Assembly (NCBI GenBank): GCA_964485455.1
Contig: CAZAJU010000001.1
Coordinates: 1 to 63,981 of the forward strand
Origin: an uncultured Tissierella sp.
GTDB lineage: Bacteria > Bacillota > Clostridia > Tissierellales > Tissierellaceae
Direction of reading: 5' to 3'
Length of the DNA stretch: 63,981 nt
Shown: positions 44,886 through 55,303 of the stretch, piece after piece
How positions within the stretch are numbered: the stretch's first letter is position 1
Layout: the number at the start of each line of letters is the position of its first letter
Notes under the pieces: model-generated
Told to the model about the DNA's origin: nothing
Seen by the model: only the letters and a program-made list of their open reading frames with translations
The model's database searches: none
Program-made: the position numbers and the translations under genes

Positions 44886-45362
44886 ATGGCATTAAGAGAA
44901 ATTAGATTGGATGGAGATCCTTTGCTTAGGAAGAAATCAAAGGAAATAGTCGAAATAAATGATCGAATTAAGACATTATTAAATGATATGGTAGAAACTA
45001 TGATAGATGCCAATGGAGTAGGCCTTGCAGCTCCACAGGTAGGTGTTTTAAGAAGAGCCATAGTTGTAGATATAGGGGAAAGTCCAATTAAGGCGATTAA
45101 TCCCGAGATAATTGAACAGGATGGCTTAGTAGTAGATATAGAGGGGTGTCTTTCAGTGCCAGGGTATTCAGGAACTGTAGAAAGACCTGAAAGAATAAAA
45201 GTAAAATTTATGGATGAAAATGGAGACAACAAGTTAATAGAAGCTACAGGGCTGAGTGCCAGAATATTTTGCCATGAGATTGATCATTTAAATGGAATAT
45301 TATATACAGATAAAGCCAAAGACGTATTTGAAAACAAAGACGAAGAAGTAATTGAGGAGTAG
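44886..45362 (+). CDS. def: Peptide deformylase
   Basis: GVGLAAPQ, EGCLS, HEIDH. Confidence 0.97.
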   Translation: MALREIRLDGDPLLRKKSKEIVEINDRIKTLLNDMVETMIDANGVGLAAPQVGVLRRAIVVDIGESPIKAINPEIIEQDGLVVDIEGCLSVPGYSGTVERPERIKVKFMDENGDNKLIEATGLSARIFCHEIDHLNGILYTDKAKDVFENKDEEVIEE

Positions 45363-45367
45363 ATATT

Positions 45368-46297
45368 ATGAAGGCAATATTCATGGGTACACCAGAATTT
45401 GCTGTACCTACACTTGAAAAATTATATAATCAAGGTTATGAGATTGATTTAGTGATTACACAGGAGGATAAACCTAAGGGCAGAGGAAAGAAGCTTCAGC
45501 CAACTCCTGTAAAACAAAAAGCTTTAGATCTTGGATTGAAAGTTTATCAGCCTCATAATGTAAATTCAGTAGAATCTATTGAGATCATAAAGAGTATTTC
45601 ACCAGATTTTATAATTGTGGTGGCTTATGGACAGATTCTTAAAAAGGAAATTCTTGAATCACCAAAATATGGCTGTTACAATGTACATGCATCTATATTA
45701 CCTAAATATAGAGGTGCAGCACCTATTAATTGGGCAATAATTGACGGTGAAGAGGAAACTGGAGTATCCATAATGAGAATGGAAGAGGGCTTAGACTCTG
45801 GAGATACTGTGATAATAGGAAAAACCAAGATAGAAGAGGACGATGATTTTATATCCGTGCATGATAGATTGTCCCAAATGGGTGGTGAATTAATGATAGC
45901 TGCCATGGAGGAAATCCTTCAAGAAAAGGCTGTATTTACTCCACAAGCTCATGAAATGTCAACCTATGCTTCAATGATATTTAAGGATATGGGAAGGATA
46001 GATTGGAAAACTAACGGAAAAGATATCCTTAATAAAATAAGGGGGCTTAAGCCTTGGCCAAATGCTTATACCTATTATGGAGATGAAATGGTAAAAATTC
46101 ATCAAGCTAGCTTTATTAAAAACAAGGTAAATTTGACCTGTGGGACAATAGTTAAAGTAAGTAAAATGGGTATAAATGTATCTGTTAGTGATGGTCAAAT
46201 AATTATTGAAAAGTTACAATTTCCAGGTAAGAAGGTACTGACAGTAGCTCAGTATTTAGCAGGAAATGATATTGAAACAGGAAAAGTATTAGAATAG
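45368..46297 (+). CDS. fmt: Methionyl-tRNA formyltransferase
   Basis: FMGTPEF, NVHASILPKYRGAAP. Confidence 0.97.
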   Translation: MKAIFMGTPEFAVPTLEKLYNQGYEIDLVITQEDKPKGRGKKLQPTPVKQKALDLGLKVYQPHNVNSVESIEIIKSISPDFIIVVAYGQILKKEILESPKYGCYNVHASILPKYRGAAPINWAIIDGEEETGVSIMRMEEGLDSGDTVIIGKTKIEEDDDFISVHDRLSQMGGELMIAAMEEILQEKAVFTPQAHEMSTYASMIFKDMGRIDWKTNGKDILNKIRGLKPWPNAYTYYGDEMVKIHQASFIKNKVNLTCGTIVKVSKMGINVSVSDGQIIIEKLQFPGKKVLTVAQYLAGNDIETGKVLE

Positions 46298-46309
46298 GAA
46301 GGTGATATT

Positions 46310-47005
46310 ATGTATGGTAATGCTATGTATGGAGGCTATTATAGCTCCTATATAATCTTTGTTCTTCCAGCTCTTTTATTTGCTGGATATGCTCAGATGA
46401 AGATAAATAGTACGTTTAATAAATACCTTAAAATTAATAGCAATACAAACCTTACAGGACTTCAAGCTGCAAGGATGATACTAGATAGAAATGGTCTATA
46501 TGATGTACAGATAGAGCCGGTAAGTGGAAATTTAACTGACCACTATGATCCTAGAACTAGAGTATTAAGGTTATCACGAAATGTATATGGAGGTAGCAGT
46601 ATAGCAGCCATGAGCGTAGCTGCCCATGAGGTAGGTCATGCTATACAGCATTCTGATGGATATTTTCCGCTAATGCTTAGAAATAACATAGCACCTATAG
46701 CCAATATAGGCTCAAGAATGGTATGGCTTTTCATAATCCTAGGATTTGTAATAAGCCCATTCTTTATAGATATTGGAATAGCTTTATTTCTTGGGGTAGT
46801 ATTATTTCAGGTAGTCACTCTTCCTGTAGAATTCAATGCAAGCAGAAGAGCTTTAGCACAGCTTGAAAATGGAATATTGCCTACAGAAAATTTAAAACCT
46901 GCTAAACAAGTTCTAAATGCTGCAGCTCTAACTTATGTAGCAGCAACTCTTACAGCAATAGGAGAGCTATTAAGAATTTTATATATGACTAGAAGAAGAG
47001 ATTAG
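46310..47005 (+). CDS. Membrane zinc metallopeptidase (YugP-like)
   Basis: LTDHYDP, AHEVGHA, PVEFNASRRA, AAALTYV. Confidence 0.92.
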   Translation: MYGNAMYGGYYSSYIIFVLPALLFAGYAQMKINSTFNKYLKINSNTNLTGLQAARMILDRNGLYDVQIEPVSGNLTDHYDPRTRVLRLSRNVYGGSSIAAMSVAAHEVGHAIQHSDGYFPLMLRNNIAPIANIGSRMVWLFIILGFVISPFFIDIGIALFLGVVLFQVVTLPVEFNASRRALAQLENGILPTENLKPAKQVLNAAALTYVAATLTAIGELLRILYMTRRRD

Positions 47006-47014
47006 AGGGTTATT

Positions 47015-48355
47015 ATGAGTATAAATGCTAGAAGTATTGCTTTGAAAATCCTAATGGATGTAAATGAAAAAAAGGGGTATTCAAATTTATCTATAACAAA
47101 ACACCTGAATGGTGAAATAACGCAGCAAGATGAGAACTTAATTAGGGAGCTAGTATATGGAGTTTTAGAAAATATCCTCTATATCGATTATATTATATCT
47201 AAAGCATCTAAGGTAAAACTAAATAAGATTCATCCTACAATAAAGGATATTCTTAGACTTGGAATTTACCAAGTAGCCTTTATGGATAGAATACCAGATA
47301 GCGCAGCTGTTAATGAATCTGTAAAACTTGCTAAGAAATATGGCCATATGGGGACAGTAGGGTTTGTAAATGGAGTTCTTAGGTCAATTAGCCGTAATAA
47401 AGAAGAATTTTTGGCAATAGATATAAAGGATAGAGTAAAGTTTTTAAGCATTAAATATTCACATCCTGAAGAATTAGTTAAGAGGTTTATAAAAGATTTT
47501 GGAAAAGAATTTACAGAGGAACTATTGAAGGCTAATAATTCCACTCCACTTTTAAATATAAGAGTAAATACTCTTAAAACAAATAAGGAAGATCTTAGGA
47601 GAAAATTGGAGGCTAAGGGTTTTAACATATCAGATGGAAACTTTGCTGACGATGCCCTAGTAGTTCACAATCCATTAAGAATAACGAGTTTAATAGAGTT
47701 TCAAGATGGCTTATTCACCATACAAGATGAAAGTAGTATGCTTGTAGCACAAATATTGGATCCCAAAGAAGGTTCATTGGTACTAGATGTGTGTAGTGCG
47801 CCTGGGGGTAAGTCCACTCATATTGCCCAACACATGAATAATAAAGGGCTTATTATATCTAGAGATATTTTTGATCACAAAATTAAATTAATTAATGAGA
47901 ATGCCAAGAGGCTAGGGATTGATATTATAAAAGCTGAGGTCTTTAATGCACTGGATTTGGATGATAAGTTAATAGGAAAAGTCGATTATGTGCTAGTTGA
48001 TGCACCATGTTCAGGTCTTGGACTTATAAGGAGGAAGCCCGAGATTAAATGGAGTAGGACTTCTGATGACATTGATGAATTGTCTAAATTACAGGAGAAT
48101 ATCTTAGAAAAGGCAAAGCATTATTTAAAAGTAGGAGGCATTTTGATTTATAGTACTTGCACAATTTTAGATCAGGAGAACATTGAAGTCGTTAATAGAT
48201 TCCTTGGAAACAACAAGGATTTTAAAGCTGTAGAACTAAATCACCAAAGCCTAAATGGTAAATTTGAAACTTTAAGTAAAGGCTACATCCAACTTTATCC
48301 TAATAAACATAATACTGATGGCTTTTTTATAGCCAAAATGGTTAAAGAGAGATAG
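47015..48355 (+). CDS. rsmB: 16S rRNA m5C967 methyltransferase
   Basis: NusB-like N-terminus, QDESS, DVCSAPGGK, DAPCSG, YSTC. Confidence 0.95.
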   Translation: MSINARSIALKILMDVNEKKGYSNLSITKHLNGEITQQDENLIRELVYGVLENILYIDYIISKASKVKLNKIHPTIKDILRLGIYQVAFMDRIPDSAAVNESVKLAKKYGHMGTVGFVNGVLRSISRNKEEFLAIDIKDRVKFLSIKYSHPEELVKRFIKDFGKEFTEELLKANNSTPLLNIRVNTLKTNKEDLRRKLEAKGFNISDGNFADDALVVHNPLRITSLIEFQDGLFTIQDESSMLVAQILDPKEGSLVLDVCSAPGGKSTHIAQHMNNKGLIISRDIFDHKIKLINENAKRLGIDIIKAEVFNALDLDDKLIGKVDYVLVDAPCSGLGLIRRKPEIKWSRTSDDIDELSKLQENILEKAKHYLKVGGILIYSTCTILDQENIEVVNRFLGNNKDFKAVELNHQSLNGKFETLSKGYIQLYPNKHNTDGFFIAKMVKER

Positions 48356-48406
48356 ATTAATTGTGCTATGTTATGTATAATATTTAATTAGGATAGAGGT
48401 GGTAAA

Positions 48407-49444
48407 ATGAATAAAATTGAAATAAACAGCCTAACCCTCCCAGAGTTAAAATCATTTATGAAGGAAATTGGTGAAAAGGCCTTTAGGGGTGAGCAGGTTT
48501 TTTCATATTTTAATAGAAATAGGAAGTTGGATTTAAATGAATTAAATCTTCTTCCTCAAGATTTGAGATCCAAATTATTGGAATTAGTTATTGTTAAAAA
48601 GATAAATTTACTTGAAAGATTTGATTCCAAGCAGGATAAAACCAACAAATATCTATTCCAATTAGAAGATGGCAACATAATCGAAAGTGTTTTTATGGAG
48701 TATAAGCACGGAAACACAGCATGCATATCCACCCAAGTCGGGTGTAAGATGGGATGCGCTTTTTGTGCTTCCACTAAAGAAGGACTTATTAGAAATTTAA
48801 GTGCTTCTGAAATGGCAAATCAGATATATATGATGGAAATAGATAGGGGATTAGAAATCTCGAATATAGTCTTAATGGGAAGTGGAGAACCCCTTGATAA
48901 TTATGATAATGTATTAAAATTTATAAATATAATCCATGATGAAAAGGGACATAACACTAGTCTTAGAAATATTACCCTTTCTACTTGCGGGCTAGTACCT
49001 AAGATATATGATCTAGCAAAGGAGAATTTACCTATAACTTTATCCATATCACTTCATTCCCCTTTTGATGAAGAAAGAATGAAGATTATGCCCATAGCAA
49101 GAAAATATAAATTAAAGGAAATTATTGAAGCTTGTAAGTATTATGGGGATTCAAATAATAGAAGGATAACCTTCGAATATACACTCATAGAAGGTGTAAA
49201 TGATGGCGATAAAGAAGTTAATGAGCTTTCGAAAATATTAAAAGGTATTAACGCACATATAAATTTGATACCGCTAAATCCAATAAAAGAGTATGAAATG
49301 GAGAGGCCTGAGAGATTGAATGTTGAAAGGTTCCAGAAGATGCTCTTAAGAAATAATTTGCCTGCAACAATCAGGAGGGAAATGGGTAGCGATATAAGTG
49401 CATCTTGTGGTCAATTAAGAAGAAGTGTGATTGAGAAAGAATAA
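48407..49444 (+). CDS. rlmN: 23S rRNA m2A2503 / tRNA methyltransferase RlmN
   Basis: STQVGCKMGCAFC, MGSGEP, SLH, ASCGQL. Confidence 0.95.
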   Translation: MNKIEINSLTLPELKSFMKEIGEKAFRGEQVFSYFNRNRKLDLNELNLLPQDLRSKLLELVIVKKINLLERFDSKQDKTNKYLFQLEDGNIIESVFMEYKHGNTACISTQVGCKMGCAFCASTKEGLIRNLSASEMANQIYMMEIDRGLEISNIVLMGSGEPLDNYDNVLKFINIIHDEKGHNTSLRNITLSTCGLVPKIYDLAKENLPITLSISLHSPFDEERMKIMPIARKYKLKEIIEACKYYGDSNNRRITFEYTLIEGVNDGDKEVNELSKILKGINAHINLIPLNPIKEYEMERPERLNVERFQKMLLRNNLPATIRREMGSDISASCGQLRRSVIEKE

Positions 49445-49460
49445 ATCTTGAGGTGATACG

Positions 49461-50213
49461 ATGATTGTTGGAGCAGTTAGTGACATAGGATTGAGAAGAG
49501 AGAGCAATCAAGATTCTATGTTTGTATCTACTGATTTAGAATTTCCCTTATTTGTTGTGGCAGATGGAATGGGTGGTCACAACGCTGGAGATTTAGCAAG
49601 CTCCATGGCAGTTGAAGGAATGATTATGTTTCTTAAAGAGAATAGGGGAAGATTGAAAAAAGAGAATGAAATAAAGAAATGTATTAGAGAAGCGATAGAA
49701 TATGTAAATAATAAAATCTATCTTAAATCATTGGAATCAACTGAATTCAATGGAATGGGAACTACTTTAACCACTGTGTTTATAGATAAAAAAAGACTCT
49801 ATATTGGTCATGTTGGTGATAGTAGGGCTTACTTGATAAGAGATAATAATTTGAATAAATTAACTGAGGACCATACCCTTGTAAATGAGCTTATTAAAAA
49901 AGGAAGTATAAGTGTCGAAGAAGCTATCAAACATCCGCAGCGTAACTTAATTACAAGAGCTGTTGGTACAAGCTGTGATATAATATCCGACATAACTACA
50001 GTTGATAAAATGCCTAAGGATATTATAATTCTTTGTAGTGACGGTCTTACTAATATGATAGATGAGGAAATTATCTTGAGAATTGTTCAGCAATATGATA
50101 ATAAGGATATGAATAATATTTGTAATATATTAGTAAGGTTGGCTATAGAAAATGGCGGAAAAGATAATATTACAGTCATAGGGATTAATTTGGATAATGA
50201 GGTGTTAATATGA
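49461..50213 (+). CDS. prpC: PP2C Ser/Thr phosphatase (Stp1/PrpC)
   Basis: VADGMGGH, MGTT, GDSRAY, CSDGL, GGKDNIT. Confidence 0.95.
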   Translation: MIVGAVSDIGLRRESNQDSMFVSTDLEFPLFVVADGMGGHNAGDLASSMAVEGMIMFLKENRGRLKKENEIKKCIREAIEYVNNKIYLKSLESTEFNGMGTTLTTVFIDKKRLYIGHVGDSRAYLIRDNNLNKLTEDHTLVNELIKKGSISVEEAIKHPQRNLITRAVGTSCDIISDITTVDKMPKDIIILCSDGLTNMIDEEIILRIVQQYDNKDMNNICNILVRLAIENGGKDNITVIGINLDNEVLI

Positions 50214-52165
50214 TAGGGTCTATGTTAGGTAATAGATATGAGATAATTGAGAAGGTTGGAGAAGGAGGAATGGCCCTAGTTTATAAAGCAAAATGCCATC
50301 TACTCAATAGATTTGTTGCAATAAAAGTACTAAGAGATGAGTTTACTGAAGACGAGGACTTTATAAGAAAATTTAGACGAGAATCTCAGGCAGCTGCCAG
50401 CCTTTCCCATCCTAATATTCTAAATATATATGATGTAGGTGTAGAGGAGTTAGAAGGTAAGAAAGTCTATTATATTGTAATGGAATTAATCAATGGAAAA
50501 ACCCTGAAAGAGCTTATTAAGAGCAAAGGAAAGCTAAGTCCTAGTGAGACTGTAGAATATTCCATACAGATAGCTGAGGCTCTTAAACATGCTCATAGAA
50601 ATCATATTGTACATAGGGACATTAAACCCCATAATATGATGATTACAGAGGATAATAGAATAAAGGTTACTGATTTTGGAATAGCAAGGGCTGTAACATC
50701 TTCTACAGTTACTACGACTTCTAATGTTTTAGGCAGCGTTCACTATTTTTCACCTGAGCAGGCTAGAGGTGGATATACCGATGAAAAATCGGATATATAT
50801 TCCCTAGGAATTGTGATGTATGAAATGATTACAGGAAAAGTTCCATATGATGGCGATAGTCCAATAAGTGTTGCACTTAAGCATATACAAAGTGAAATCG
50901 TAGCTCCATCGGATTTGGACTCTACTATACCAAGTAATCTTGAATCCATAATATTAAAGTGTATCCAGAAAAGGCAAAGCGATAGATATGCAAATGTAAC
51001 AGACCTTATCCAAGATTTAAGGGCATTGAAAAGCTTTGGAAGCTTGCCTGTAAATGATACTGAAGTTGATTCAGCAACTAGAATTATACCGGTATTGGAT
51101 ATTAAAGAGGATGAACAAGTAGAAAAGCCTAATCAAAGGAAGCAGAATAAGTCAGTAAATAATAAGGAAGCTAAGAAAAAAGAAGGTGGCGGATTTGTAG
51201 TATTCTTAGGGATTCTACTTGCTTTTTTACTTGCAACGGGGATTTTCTTTGGATATGCAAGGTTTAAGGATTTCTTGGCTGTTGAAGAAGTTAAAATGAT
51301 TAATATTGTAGGAATGCAAGAGGAACAAGCTAAAGAGGAATTAGAAAATTTAGGGCTAAAGCTTAACGTAACCGACAGAGTAAAGAGTAGTGAGTATGGA
51401 TCTGGTGAAATAATGTATCAGTCAGTTGAAGCTGATACCAATGTTAAGAGCGGATTTACTATAGATGTTACTGTGAGTACAGGTGAGGATTTAACCTCTG
51501 TACCGCTAGTAATAAATAAGACCCTTGAGGAAGCTGAGGCTATGATAAAGGCAGCTGACCTTCAAGTGGGGCAGATTGACCCTGAATTCCATGAAAGCAT
51601 TCCAAAGGGAAGTGTAATCCGACAGGATCCAGAGGCATTAACTGATAAGGTGCCAGGCTCTAGGGTTAATCTTGTAGTAAGCGAAGGACCTGAAGTAAAA
51701 GCTGTAATAATGCCTGATTTAAGAAATTCAACTATAGTTGAAGCAAAAAATGCAATTGTAGAATTAGGTCTTGTTGTTGGAGATGTAACTCCACAACCTA
51801 GCGATAGTGTAGCAAAGGATAAGGTTATATGGCAGTCTTATGAAAAAGGAACTGAGCTAGAAACAGGAACTGCTGTCGATTTATATATTAGTTCTGGACC
51901 TACAGAAACGAATAAACCAAATCCAGAGGAAGAACCTAAAGATAGAATAGTTATGACAACCATAACTTTAGAACCTAACTATGATAAGGCAGAAACACAG
52001 ATTAAAGTCATAAGAAATCAGGATGGAGAGACTACTGTTGTTCATAATAAGATTCATAAGGCAGAAGATGGCATTATTGTATTAACTTTTGAAAGCAAAG
52101 TAGGTGCAACCTTCGATATCCTTAGAGATGGAACTTATGAAGGAACTACACCACCTGCACAATAG
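50210..52165 (+). CDS. prkC: PASTA-domain Ser/Thr kinase (PrkC/PknB)
   Basis: GEGGMA, HRDIKPHN, DFG, SPEQ; TM; about three PASTA repeats. Confidence 0.96.
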   Translation: MIGSMLGNRYEIIEKVGEGGMALVYKAKCHLLNRFVAIKVLRDEFTEDEDFIRKFRRESQAAASLSHPNILNIYDVGVEELEGKKVYYIVMELINGKTLKELIKSKGKLSPSETVEYSIQIAEALKHAHRNHIVHRDIKPHNMMITEDNRIKVTDFGIARAVTSSTVTTTSNVLGSVHYFSPEQARGGYTDEKSDIYSLGIVMYEMITGKVPYDGDSPISVALKHIQSEIVAPSDLDSTIPSNLESIILKCIQKRQSDRYANVTDLIQDLRALKSFGSLPVNDTEVDSATRIIPVLDIKEDEQVEKPNQRKQNKSVNNKEAKKKEGGGFVVFLGILLAFLLATGIFFGYARFKDFLAVEEVKMINIVGMQEEQAKEELENLGLKLNVTDRVKSSEYGSGEIMYQSVEADTNVKSGFTIDVTVSTGEDLTSVPLVINKTLEEAEAMIKAADLQVGQIDPEFHESIPKGSVIRQDPEALTDKVPGSRVNLVVSEGPEVKAVIMPDLRNSTIVEAKNAIVELGLVVGDVTPQPSDSVAKDKVIWQSYEKGTELETGTAVDLYISSGPTETNKPNPEEEPKDRIVMTTITLEPNYDKAETQIKVIRNQDGETTVVHNKIHKAEDGIIVLTFESKVGATFDILRDGTYEGTTPPAQ

Positions 52166-52175
52166 AGAGGTAGAG

Positions 52176-53051
52176 ATGATAGAGGGAATAATCATAAAAG
52201 GAATTGGCGGTTTTTACTACGTAAAGACTGAGGATAGAGTTGTTGAATCGAGAGCAAGAGGAATATTAAGAGAAGAAGGTATTACTCCACTGGTTGGAGA
52301 TAGAGTTAGAATTAGAATAAGCTCCGAAGATAATTCTGGATATATAGAAGAGATACTGGAGAGAAAGAATGAACTAATAAGACCTCCAGTTGCCAATATT
52401 ACCCAAGCTATCATAGTCATGAGTGTAAAGAAGCCAGATTTAAATACCTGGCTTCTAGATAAATTTCTCATGATGGCAGAGCATAAAGGCTTAAGTATAG
52501 TCATCTGCTTTAATAAGTTAGATCTTTCAGAAAAGGAAATTAATAGATTAAAAGGTATATATGAATTAGCAGGGTATAAGGTTATAATTACAAGTACTCT
52601 TCTAGATATTGGGATAGAAGAGCTTAAAGAGGCTTTAAAGGATAATGTAACAGTATTTGCAGGCCCGTCAGGCGTAGGGAAGTCCTCCCTCTTAAATAGG
52701 ATTAATGAAGACTTTAATCGGGAAACAGGGGTTGTTAGCGCCAAATCCAAGAGGGGTAAACACACTACTAGAAGTGTGGAGCTTCTGGAACTTGGTGACA
52801 ATTCCTATGTCCTTGATACTCCAGGCTTTAGTTCCTTGGACCTAAGCTTTATAGAGGATGCTTCAGATGTAAAACAATATTTTAGGGAGATAAAGGAGCA
52901 TGGAAAAAATTGTAGATTTTTGAGCTGCCTTCACGATAAAGAGCCAGATTGTGCTGTTAAAATGGCTGTAGAAAAAGGGATAATAGATGAGGATAGGTAT
53001 AAAAATTACTTGCTTCTTCTTAATGAAATAAAAAATACTAGGAGGTACTAG
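52176..53051 (+). CDS. rsgA: Ribosome small subunit-dependent GTPase A
   Basis: NKLD, GPSGVGKSS, GKHTT, DTPG, CRFLSCLH..EPDC; ATG 52176 after GAGG. Confidence 0.96.
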   Translation: MIEGIIIKGIGGFYYVKTEDRVVESRARGILREEGITPLVGDRVRIRISSEDNSGYIEEILERKNELIRPPVANITQAIIVMSVKKPDLNTWLLDKFLMMAEHKGLSIVICFNKLDLSEKEINRLKGIYELAGYKVIITSTLLDIGIEELKEALKDNVTVFAGPSGVGKSSLLNRINEDFNRETGVVSAKSKRGKHTTRSVELLELGDNSYVLDTPGFSSLDLSFIEDASDVKQYFREIKEHGKNCRFLSCLHDKEPDCAVKMAVEKGIIDEDRYKNYLLLLNEIKNTRRY

Positions 53052-53052
53052 A

Positions 53053-53706
53053 ATGGCAAAAATAGCACCAAGTCTATTATCTGCAGACTTTGCTAATTTG
53101 ACTGAAGAAATTAGAAAGATAGAAAAGGGAGGGGCAGATTATTTACATCTTGATGTTATGGATGGAATATTTGTACCAAATATAACCTTTGGACCCCCAG
53201 TAATTAAAAGTCTTAGAAAGGTAACAGAGATGCCTTTTGATGTACACCTTATGATAGATAAACCTGAGCGGTTCATAAAGGATTTCTCAGACGCTGGGGC
53301 TAACATACTTACTGTTCACCCAGAGGCTAGCGTTCATCTTCATAGAACTATTCAGGAAATAAAATCCTATGGTATGAAGGCAGGAGTATCCTTGAATCCT
53401 TCAACTGATTTAAGTGTGCTAAACTACATTATTGATGATTTAGATTTAATTCTTGTTATGACTGTGAATCCAGGATTTGGAGGGCAGAGCTTTATTAATT
53501 CTATGATTGATAAGATAAAAGCATTGCGAACTATGATAGATGGTAAAGGTTTAGATATCATATTAGAAGTAGATGGTGGTGTTAAGCTTTCTAACGCTAA
53601 GAAATTAGTGGAATTAGGAGTAGATTTACTAGTAGCTGGAAGTGAAGTTTTTGGTGCAGAGGACGTAGAACAAAGAACTAGAGATTTTAAGAATCTTATT
53701 GATTAA
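53053..53706 (+). CDS. rpe: Ribulose-phosphate 3-epimerase
   Basis: APSLLSADF, HLDVMDG, DVHLM, VNPGFGGQ, VDGG. Confidence 0.97.
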   Translation: MAKIAPSLLSADFANLTEEIRKIEKGGADYLHLDVMDGIFVPNITFGPPVIKSLRKVTEMPFDVHLMIDKPERFIKDFSDAGANILTVHPEASVHLHRTIQEIKSYGMKAGVSLNPSTDLSVLNYIIDDLDLILVMTVNPGFGGQSFINSMIDKIKALRTMIDGKGLDIILEVDGGVKLSNAKKLVELGVDLLVAGSEVFGAEDVEQRTRDFKNLID

Positions 53707-53727
53707 ACAATTTATCTATGATATATT
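53699..53727 (+). promoter_or_regulatory. SigA promoter for the TPP leader
   Basis: TTGATT-N17-TATATT with extended TG. Confidence 0.65.
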
Positions 53728-53745
53728 AATAAAAAAACAAATTAA

Positions 53746-53868
53746 CCACTAGGGGCGCGATATGCTGAGAGAAGACTAATGTCTTTGACCCTTATGACCT
53801 GAACTAGGTAATACTAGCGGAGGGAAGTGTGTGTATGCCATTATACCACTCCTTTGAGTGGTTTTTTT
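53746..53868 (+). ncRNA. TPP riboswitch with transcription terminator
   Basis: CACTAGGGG, GCTGAGA, ACCCTT..ACCTGA.CTAGGTAATACTAGCG.AGGGAAGTG; terminator ACCACTC-CTTT-GAGTGGT-T6 at 53845-53868. Confidence 0.96.
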
Positions 53869-53892
53869 GTTAGACAAAAGGAGATGGTTAAT

Positions 53893-54435
53893 ATGAGGAA
53901 AAAAATTAGTATTAGAATGGTTACTGAGGGTGGGATGATGCTTGCTTTGGCTGTACTATTGAATCAGTTCAAGATATATCAAGCACCTAATGGAGGTAGC
54001 GTTTCGGCAGGGAGCATGATTCCATTAATGGTATTTGCACTAAGGTGGGGAATGGGTCCCGGATTTATAGTTGGAGCCACCTATGGTTTAATGGATTTTA
54101 TATTTAAGCCATATTTCTATCATCCAGTACAGTTTTTGCTTGATTATATATTGGCTTTTGGACTTCTAGGTTTAGCAGGTATTGGAAATACTAAAAAGGA
54201 TAATTCTTCAACATCTATGATGGTAATCGGGGTGATTCTAGGAATTGGAGGAAGGATGGTTTCTCATATTCTCTCAGGGGTTGTTTTCTTTGCTGAATAT
54301 GCTGGCGATCAAAATCCTTGGGTTTATTCAATTATTTATAATGGAAGCTATCTGATTCCAGAGTTGATTATCTCTCTTGGTGTCTTATTATTGATTTGGA
54401 AGCCATTGAGAAAATATTTAAATAATAAGGGGTAA
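53893..54435 (+). CDS. thiT: ECF thiamine transporter S-component ThiT
   Basis: P.GGSV..GSMIP, RWG, HPVQFLLDY, SGVVFFAEYA, YSIIYNGSY; downstream of TPP riboswitch. Confidence 0.93.
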   Translation: MRKKISIRMVTEGGMMLALAVLLNQFKIYQAPNGGSVSAGSMIPLMVFALRWGMGPGFIVGATYGLMDFIFKPYFYHPVQFLLDYILAFGLLGLAGIGNTKKDNSSTSMMVIGVILGIGGRMVSHILSGVVFFAEYAGDQNPWVYSIIYNGSYLIPELIISLGVLLLIWKPLRKYLNNKG

Positions 54436-54437
54436 AC

Positions 54438-55073
54438 ATGAAAGGTTTAGTAATATCTGGTGGGGCTATTAAAGACTATGGACTAATCAAGGAGTCTATA
54501 TTGGAAGTGGATTTTATAATCTGCGCAGATAGTGGTATTAGACATGCCATATCCTTAGAATTAAATCCAAATGCAGTAATTGGAGATTTGGATTCAGCTA
54601 ATGATGAGGACTTAAGATATATATATGAGAATTCTATACCTGTGTTAAAATATCCTATTGAGAAGGATAAGACGGATACAGAGTTGGCTATAGATTATCT
54701 TATTGAAGTTGGAGCTAAGGATATTACCATAATAGGTGCTATAGGAAGCAGAATGGATCATACTTTAGCCAATATATTTCTACTTCAAAAGTTATTGTTA
54801 AATGGTATAGATGGAAGATTAATAGATGAAAATAACATAATCCATATAACTGATAGCAGTTTGTCCTTAGTAAGAAAGCAGGACTATAATATATCTATTT
54901 TACCTATTACTATAGATGGAGTTATTGTAAGTCTTAAGGGATTCTATTATGCTTTAAAAAATGAAAGAATAGGATTCGGTAGTAGCTTGGGAATAAGTAA
55001 TAAGATTATTGGAGATAATGGAACTGTTATAATAGAAAAAGGTATAGCCTTAGTAATTGAATCAATAGACTAA
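54438..55073 (+). CDS. thiN: Thiamine pyrophosphokinase
   Basis: ADSG, GDLDS, EKDKTD, GSRMDH..AN, LGISN. Confidence 0.95.
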   Translation: MKGLVISGGAIKDYGLIKESILEVDFIICADSGIRHAISLELNPNAVIGDLDSANDEDLRYIYENSIPVLKYPIEKDKTDTELAIDYLIEVGAKDITIIGAIGSRMDHTLANIFLLQKLLLNGIDGRLIDENNIIHITDSSLSLVRKQDYNISILPITIDGVIVSLKGFYYALKNERIGFGSSLGISNKIIGDNGTVIIEKGIALVIESID

Positions 55074-55132
55074 AATGTAACAAAATCTCCTACCTTGAAT
55101 ATAATGGTATCAGAGATAAGGAGAGGAGATTT

Positions 55133-55303
55133 ATGAAAAAGTATTTTTATCACTATAGTGTAAAGTACAAAAATATTGTAGGCATTACTTTAGGTATTAT
55201 TGGTTTCATAATTCTAGTAAGTGTTATGCCCATAGAATTTCTTCTGTCCTTAATAGGTATAGGGCTATTGGTTATGGGATTTCTTTTAATTAAAATAAAA
55301 TAA
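55133..55303 (+). CDS. Small two-TM membrane protein (56 aa)
   Basis: Hand-translated MKKYFYHYSVKYKNIVGITLGIIGFIILVSVMPIEFLLSLIGIGLLVMGFLLIKIK; AGGAGAGGAG RBS; ends at the bidirectional terminator; not in ORF track. Confidence 0.85.
   Translation: MKKYFYHYSVKYKNIVGITLGIIGFIILVSVMPIEFLLSLIGIGLLVMGFLLIKIK

Noticed and set aside
52217-52801. 194-aa antisense ORF, and similar ones at 5315-5695, 20078-20395, 27737-28048, 44882-45232, 47266-47628, 56937-57362, 61709-62047
   Set aside because: Shadows of well-conserved genes on the opposite strand, with Ser/Ile/Phe-rich composition and no recognisable motifs
53827-53892. N-terminal extension of ThiT in the ORF track
   Set aside because: Overlaps the riboswitch and its terminator; the RBS supports ATG 53893
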